Origin: Rhodothermales bacterium | GTDB lineage: Bacteria; Bacteroidota; Rhodothermia; Rhodothermales; Bin80 | Assembly (NCBI GenBank): GCA_963665975.1 | Contig: OY762508.1 | Span: forward strand, 2,535,922-2,599,921 | Direction: 5' to 3' | Length of the DNA: 64,000 nucleotides | In this document: positions 59,477 through 64,000 of the stretch, one piece after another | How positions within the stretch are numbered: position 1 is the first letter of the stretch | How the letters are laid out: the number at the start of each line of letters is the position of its first letter | The notes under the pieces: generated by a model | Seen by the model: only the letters and a program-made list of their open reading frames with translations | Told to the model about the DNA's origin: nothing | The model's database searches: none | Program-made: the position numbers and the translations under genes

Positions 59477-59573
59477 GACTTGAGCGAAAGCGTCTCAGTG
59501 GCCATACTCGTTTGTGAGCGTCCCGAATGCGTGGGCGCTAGCGTCATATGGGGCATGAGGGCCGGGGTGCTAT

Positions 59574-60812
59574 CCTAGAATTCGAGCTTCCACACGGTGG
59601 AGCAGTAAAATGTCGCTGGAGCATGTCCCGGCTACCCGAATCCGCGGGCGGTGGTCGCAGGGCCCTATGGGTCAGCCGCTGCGCACACAGCTTCCACGGG
59701 CTGGGGTGACGAATAGGTGTGGGTTGTAGGCTACATTGTGCTTCCAGATGGTCCAAAGTACGAGCAGTACCTTACGCTGCGTGTTGAGTCGCGCAGCCGT
59801 AGGGTTACCCGTGCGGATCAGTGAGGTCTCGTAGAACTGCGACACCTCGTTGGGTTCACGGGTTTTCCGGGCGGACAGCCAGCACTGATAGCTGACGGCT
59901 TTCAGTGCACCTGACCCCGAGCGGTCGAGGCGTTTGTAGGCCAGAAGCTTGCCGCTGCTGCTGCGCTCCCGTACGCCGAGTTTGCAGTAACGCCATAGCT
60001 TTTGCTTGGTGGCAAACCGGTGCGGCGTCTGAATGAAGGCGTCGAACACATGCGCACTCACCTCGCCGATGCCCGGCATTTGCATGAAGCGCTGGATCTC
60101 CGGGTATCGCCGTCCCAGGCGGATCATGGCGGCGCGGGCCTCCTTCTGTACGCTGACCGCCGCATCCAGCAGCGTGTACAGCCGCCGGACGGTCGCTTGG
60201 CGGGCGGCGCTGGGCAGTTGCTTGAGGTAATACGTGCGGTTTGTCTTACTGAACACACGCGTACCCGCCACATGTACGACCCCCGCCTGGTGGTACTTGG
60301 CCTTGATTTGCGCCTTCAAACTGGCTTGGTTGCGTCGGAAGGCCAGGTACTGCTGTACCGCAATCTTGAAGTCGACGCGGTGCCCCTGATCGGAATGGTA
60401 CACCGGGGTCAATTCGCCCAGTCGCAGCAGCCTACAGAGTTTATGGGCATCCGCGTAATCGTCCTTGTTGCCGCCACGGCTGATCAGCGCGTTCTGTCGT
60501 GGGTCACAGACGATGAGCTTGTCCACGTATGGGCGAAGGGCATCCGCGATCCAGCCAGCAAGCGCGGACTCTTCCAACACCAGCTGTTTCTCGTGAGCTG
60601 GCGCCGCCACCACATGGCTGATCAGGGCTGCTTGAGATGTGGTGAACGCTTTGGTGTACAGCAATCGGCCGGTAGTATTCATAGCCGCCAAGACGCAGGA
60701 GCGTGCATGGGCGTCCAGCCCGAGATAGAGGAGCTTGTGCATGAGTGTGTCGGTCAAGTGAGCGAAGCGAACAGTACAAAGTTCGCACCCGCTTTTCATT
60801 TGACCTAGAATT
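59574..60812 (-). mobile_element. IS110-family insertion sequence (boundaries tentative, set by the 9-bp repeat CCTAGAATT)
   Basis: Single DEDD-type transposase ORF. CCTAGAATT occurs at 59574-59582 and 60804-60812 (1,230 bp apart, within the IS110-family size range). No terminal inverted repeats, as is usual for the family. Confidence 0.6.
59672..60742 (-). CDS. IS110-family (DEDD) transposase/recombinase
   Basis: MHKLLYLGLDAHARSCVLAAM.. (DEDD_Tnp_IS110 N-domain: GLDAH, VLEES, VCDPRQ, NKDDYADA) and a Transposase_20-type C-domain (FMQMPGIGEVSAHVF...SSSGK..RLDRSGSGALK). Confidence 0.9.
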   Translation of the reverse strand: MHKLLYLGLDAHARSCVLAAMNTTGRLLYTKAFTTSQAALISHVVAAPAHEKQLVLEESALAGWIADALRPYVDKLIVCDPRQNALISRGGNKDDYADAHKLCRLLRLGELTPVYHSDQGHRVDFKIAVQQYLAFRRNQASLKAQIKAKYHQAGVVHVAGTRVFSKTNRTYYLKQLPSAARQATVRRLYTLLDAAVSVQKEARAAMIRLGRRYPEIQRFMQMPGIGEVSAHVFDAFIQTPHRFATKQKLWRYCKLGVRERSSSGKLLAYKRLDRSGSGALKAVSYQCWLSARKTREPNEVSQFYETSLIRTGNPTAARLNTQRKVLLVLWTIWKHNVAYNPHLFVTPARGSCVRSG

Positions 60813-60897
60813 AACGGCAACGACAATTAAAATTTTCGGGACCTGAGTCAGTCTTGTGCGTGGACGGCCGGATTTTTCCAGTCGATCCACATTCGAG

Positions 60898-62406
60898 ATG
60901 GTACGAGACTCACAGGTTCTGCTTCTACGCAGGTTGGTATTGAAGAAGGGAGAGTCCATAATGACGGCAGCGGCCAAGGCTGGCATGAGTGAGCCTACCG
61001 CGCGGAAGTACGTGCGGTTGGGCAAGCTGCCAAGCGAGACGAAGCAGCCGCACACGTGGCGTACGCGCAAGGATCCGTTCGCGGACGTGTGGGAGGAGGT
61101 CAAGGCCTTTCTGGAGGTCAATCCCAACATTGAGGTGAAGGCGCTCTTTGGCGAGTTGCAGCGTCGGTATCCGGACAAGTTCCAGCCGGGCCAGCTGCGC
61201 ACATTACAGCGGCGGGTGAAGCATTGGAAGGCGACCGAGGGTCCGCCAAAGGAAGTATTCTTTGCCCAGGAGTACGAGCCGGGAGATCGCGCCCAATCGG
61301 ACTTTACGTGCATGAACGAGTTGGGTGTGACGATCCAGGGAGAGCCGTTTCCGCATCTGTTGTACCACTTTGTGCTGGCGTATTCGAACTGGGAGACGGG
61401 TACGATTTGCCGTTCAGAGAGCTTCGAGGCGCTCTCGGAGGGTGTGCAGAATGCTCTGCACGCGTGTGGAGGCGCGCCCAGGCTGCACCAGACGGACTCT
61501 ATGAGTTGTGCGGTACGCAAGCTGCGTGGCGGCAAAGAGGCTTTTACCGAGCGCTACCAGGCGTTGATGCGCCACTGTGGCATGGAAGCGCGGCATACGC
61601 AGGTACGGAGTCCGCACGAGAACGGAAAGGTAGAGCAGCGGCACTACCGGCTGAAGCTGGCGATAAGGAACCAGCTCATGTTGCGTGGTGGAAGCGATTT
61701 TGAGAGCCGGCAGGCCTATACAGTGTTTCTTGAGAAGCTGTTTGCGCAGTTGAATGCGCAGCGCAGGGAGCGTTTCGAGCAGGAGCGGGCCTTGCTGCGG
61801 CCTCTTGCGAAGCGGCGACTGGAGAGCTACAAGGCATTTCGGGTGCGAGTATCGAAGGGCAGTGTGATACGGGTTCAGAGCAACATCTACTCGGTATCGA
61901 GCCGGCTGGTCGGCGAATTGGTTGCTGTGCGTCTTTTCAGCGAGGTAGTTGAGGTGTGGTACGGGCAGCATCTCATGGAGCGCATGCCGCGGCAGTATGG
62001 AAAAGGCAAGCACCGTATCAAGTATCGGGATGTGATCGACTCGCTGGTGCGCAAACCGGGGGCGTTTGCCCAATACCGATACCGGGCGGAGCTTTTTCCC
62101 ACACACCGGTTTCGGATGGCCTATGACGCGCTGCATCGGGCGCACAGAGCGTCTCTGAAGGCCGACAAGACGTATCTGCGTGTGTTGTACTTGGCAGCCA
62201 AAGAGAGCGAATCGGGCGTAGACGCTGCCCTGCGTGTGCTGCTGGAGGGCAAAGAGCCCCTTACGGTAGCGGCTGTAGAAGCGCTGCTGGATCGCATGGT
62301 GCAGAAGGCTCCTGTTCTTCTGGTAGCGCCTCCTGTGGTGGATCTGAGTGCGTATGACGGCCTGTTGGAGCCATCGACGCGGACTTCTCTTACCGTAGCA
62401 CCATGA
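60898..62406 (+). CDS. istA: IS21-family transposase IstA
   Basis: N-terminal HTH (IMTAAAKAGMSEPTARKYV), DDE integrase core (..AQSDFTCMNELGV...YSNWETG..). Length about 500 aa. Start ATG 60898; the ORF is open from GTG 60856. Confidence 0.9.
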   Translation: MVRDSQVLLLRRLVLKKGESIMTAAAKAGMSEPTARKYVRLGKLPSETKQPHTWRTRKDPFADVWEEVKAFLEVNPNIEVKALFGELQRRYPDKFQPGQLRTLQRRVKHWKATEGPPKEVFFAQEYEPGDRAQSDFTCMNELGVTIQGEPFPHLLYHFVLAYSNWETGTICRSESFEALSEGVQNALHACGGAPRLHQTDSMSCAVRKLRGGKEAFTERYQALMRHCGMEARHTQVRSPHENGKVEQRHYRLKLAIRNQLMLRGGSDFESRQAYTVFLEKLFAQLNAQRRERFEQERALLRPLAKRRLESYKAFRVRVSKGSVIRVQSNIYSVSSRLVGELVAVRLFSEVVEVWYGQHLMERMPRQYGKGKHRIKYRDVIDSLVRKPGAFAQYRYRAELFPTHRFRMAYDALHRAHRASLKADKTYLRVLYLAAKESESGVDAALRVLLEGKEPLTVAAVEALLDRMVQKAPVLLVAPPVVDLSAYDGLLEPSTRTSLTVAP

Positions 62407-63197
62407 AGACGCTGACGTCAACAGAACTGGAGCGGGCGCTGCAGGCAGGGCTCAAGGAGCTCCGTATGCCGGCGATCCGGGCGTGCTGGCGGGAGAAGGC
62501 CGATATGGCCCGCAGGGAGGCCTTGAGCTTCGAGCGTTTCCTGTTGGAGCTCATAGAAGAGGAGCAACAGGAGCGTCACAGCAATCGCATTCAGCGTTGG
62601 CTGCGCGAGTCGCGGCTGCCGCTGGAGAAGACGCTGGACACATTCGATCGGGGCCGGTTGCCCTTGCGGTTAGACCACCATCTGCGTGTGCTATTGGAGG
62701 GAGGCTTTCTGGACCGCAAGGAGAATGTCCTGGTCTTCGGTCCTCCCGGCAGCGGCAAGACGCACCTGGTGTGTGCACTGGGTCGGGAGCTGATCTTTCA
62801 GCGGCGGCGCGTGCTCTTCTACAATTGCAGCACCCTGGTACAGGATCTGCTATGGGCCAAACAGCAGCTGCGTCTGCCCAAGCTCCTCAAGCGATTATCT
62901 CGCTTTGAGGCGCTCATTATCGACGACATCGGCTACGTGCAGCACACTCGGGAGGAGATGGAGGTGCTGTTTCTGCTCTTGTCGCAGCGCTACGAGCGTG
63001 GCAGCGTGCTTCTTACGAGCAATTTGGCCTTCAGTCAGTGGGAGCGCATCTTCAAGGATCCGATGACCACGGCTGCGGCCATAGACCGGCTCGTGCATCA
63101 CAGCGTGATACTGGAGCTGAATGTGCCGAGCTATCGGCTGGAGGCTTCCAAGCGGCGCCAACAGGTCCAGGATGACGCCCAGAGCGCTGGGTCCTGA
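62403..63197 (+). CDS. istB: IS21-family helper ATPase IstB
   Basis: Walker A VFGPPGSGKTHL, Walker B ALIIDDIGY, ..LLTSNLAFSQW.. . Overlaps the istA stop by 4 nt. Confidence 0.92.
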   Translation: MKTLTSTELERALQAGLKELRMPAIRACWREKADMARREALSFERFLLELIEEEQQERHSNRIQRWLRESRLPLEKTLDTFDRGRLPLRLDHHLRVLLEGGFLDRKENVLVFGPPGSGKTHLVCALGRELIFQRRRVLFYNCSTLVQDLLWAKQQLRLPKLLKRLSRFEALIIDDIGYVQHTREEMEVLFLLLSQRYERGSVLLTSNLAFSQWERIFKDPMTTAAAIDRLVHHSVILELNVPSYRLEASKRRQQVQDDAQSAGS

Positions 63198-63749
63198 CAT
63201 CGTATAGACAGCCGTGAGGCGCTTGGGCGCTATAGGAAGCCGGGTAATACGTGGTGTTTCCAGGAGTATTGGTGCGCGGAATGCCACGCTGACAAGGTCT
63301 GTGGAAAAGATAATGTATGGCGTCTGTCTACAATTGGATTCACGCGTACCGGCCGGGGGCGAAAAAGCACTCGGCCTCTGTCTTTACAAAATTTTAATTG
63401 TCGTCGACCAAAAAAATAATTGACGTTGATCAAATGCCGCACCGATGCACAATGAATGCAATAGCCGTAGGAATTCACGTCTCAGAATCAGAACGACGGT
63501 AGATACAATGTCCAGCGATTCATGGTTCTGGATTCGTAATGGCCAAAATCTATTCTCTTGCGGCCAAGTCGTGTTCGATGATGTAGCTGCAGAGGCGTAC
63601 CGTACAATAGTCTGCGCTCGCCTGTAGTACGATTTCGAGAATTCGATGGTGATCATGTATCGAGAAGAGTGAAAACAGTATGGATTTGACATCCCGTACC
63701 CCTCCTGATACCTTACAAGGGCTTCTCACTCACTTCGCTGAGGACCACC

Positions 63750-64000
63750 ATGGCCCACCGCTCCCTGCTCTTGTTCGCGCTTCTGCTATTGCTGCCTGGA
63801 TGGTTGTTTGCCCAGGATTGGCCGGATCCTGAAGACATACCGCCGGAAATCATTCAGCAACATTTCACCCCGACGCTTACCGCGATCCGCGCTGGCCATC
63901 TGATCGATCCCGAAACCGGCACCATCGCCGCCGACCAGATCATCCTGACCCGCTTCGACCCGCGTAGTGGAAAGAGCGAGATTCTGGACGTAGGCTCCAA
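63750..64000 (+). CDS. 5' part of a secreted amidohydrolase-family protein (runs off the window)
   Basis: ATG 63750, signal peptide MAHRSLLLFALLLLLPGWLFAQ, then ..TAIRAGHLIDPETGTIAADQIILTR...ILDVGS, typical of amidohydrolase N-termini. No stop before 64000. Confidence 0.55.
   Translation, partial: MAHRSLLLFALLLLLPGWLFAQDWPDPEDIPPEIIQQHFTPTLTAIRAGHLIDPETGTIAADQIILTRFDPRSGKSEILDVGS

Larger units (their letters stand above)
60820..63404 (+). mobile_element. IS21-family insertion sequence (istA-istB) with 17-bp terminal inverted repeats
   Basis: ACGACAATTAAAATTTT at 60820-60836 is the exact reverse complement of 63388-63404. It encloses istA/istB with an ATGA overlap. 2,585 bp. Confidence 0.85.

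Noticed and set aside
60002-62421. Long antisense ORFs within the IS elements: 60002-60808(+), 60504-61535(-) and 61414-62421(-)
   Set aside because: They overlap the well-supported IS110 transposase and istA/istB on the opposite strand. Their sequences are Arg/Leu/Pro-rich without motifs.

Overview
GC-rich 64-kb chromosomal segment. It reads like a Bacteroidota/Rhodothermota-type genome: one SusC/SusD pair, CarboxypepD_reg-TonB receptors, and two proteins with T9SS C-terminal sorting domains. ORF coordinates include the stop codon.

Most of the window is housekeeping or accessory metabolism, with many DNA-repair genes: ligA, polA, xth, lexA, lhr, a PA0069-type radical SAM, two AlkZ/YcaQ-like genes and an SRPBCC-DinB fusion.

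Three mobile elements are present:
- a group II intron (RT/maturase 34619-35941, textbook domain V at 35951-35984);
- an IS110-family element (about 59574-60812);
- an IS21-family element (60820-63404, 17-bp terminal inverted repeats) directly abutting the IS110 element.

The two IS elements sit in a visibly AT-richer islet that also carries a DUF1828/DUF1829-like gene.

The most unusual items, in rough order:
1. An MscS-family channel translationally coupled to a 1,061-aa cytoplasmic protein. That protein's C-terminus is a degenerate ORC/ExeA-like P-loop module (GSGRTS, K->R).
2. The IS110/IS21 junction, which has a 9-bp direct repeat and very short IS110 non-coding ends. This bears on where the element's bridge RNA is encoded.
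3. A BNR-propeller gene coupled to a MoaD/ThiS-like protein ending in Gly-Gly, with no E1 or partner enzyme nearby.
4. A radical-SAM -> Lhr operon behind a perfect 8-N7-8 inverted repeat.
5. Duplicated 4-TM proteins next to ankyrin and DUF1835 genes.

I could not recognise any rRNA, tRNA or CRISPR array by eye. All family assignments rest on motif recognition and memory of the families, not on searches.
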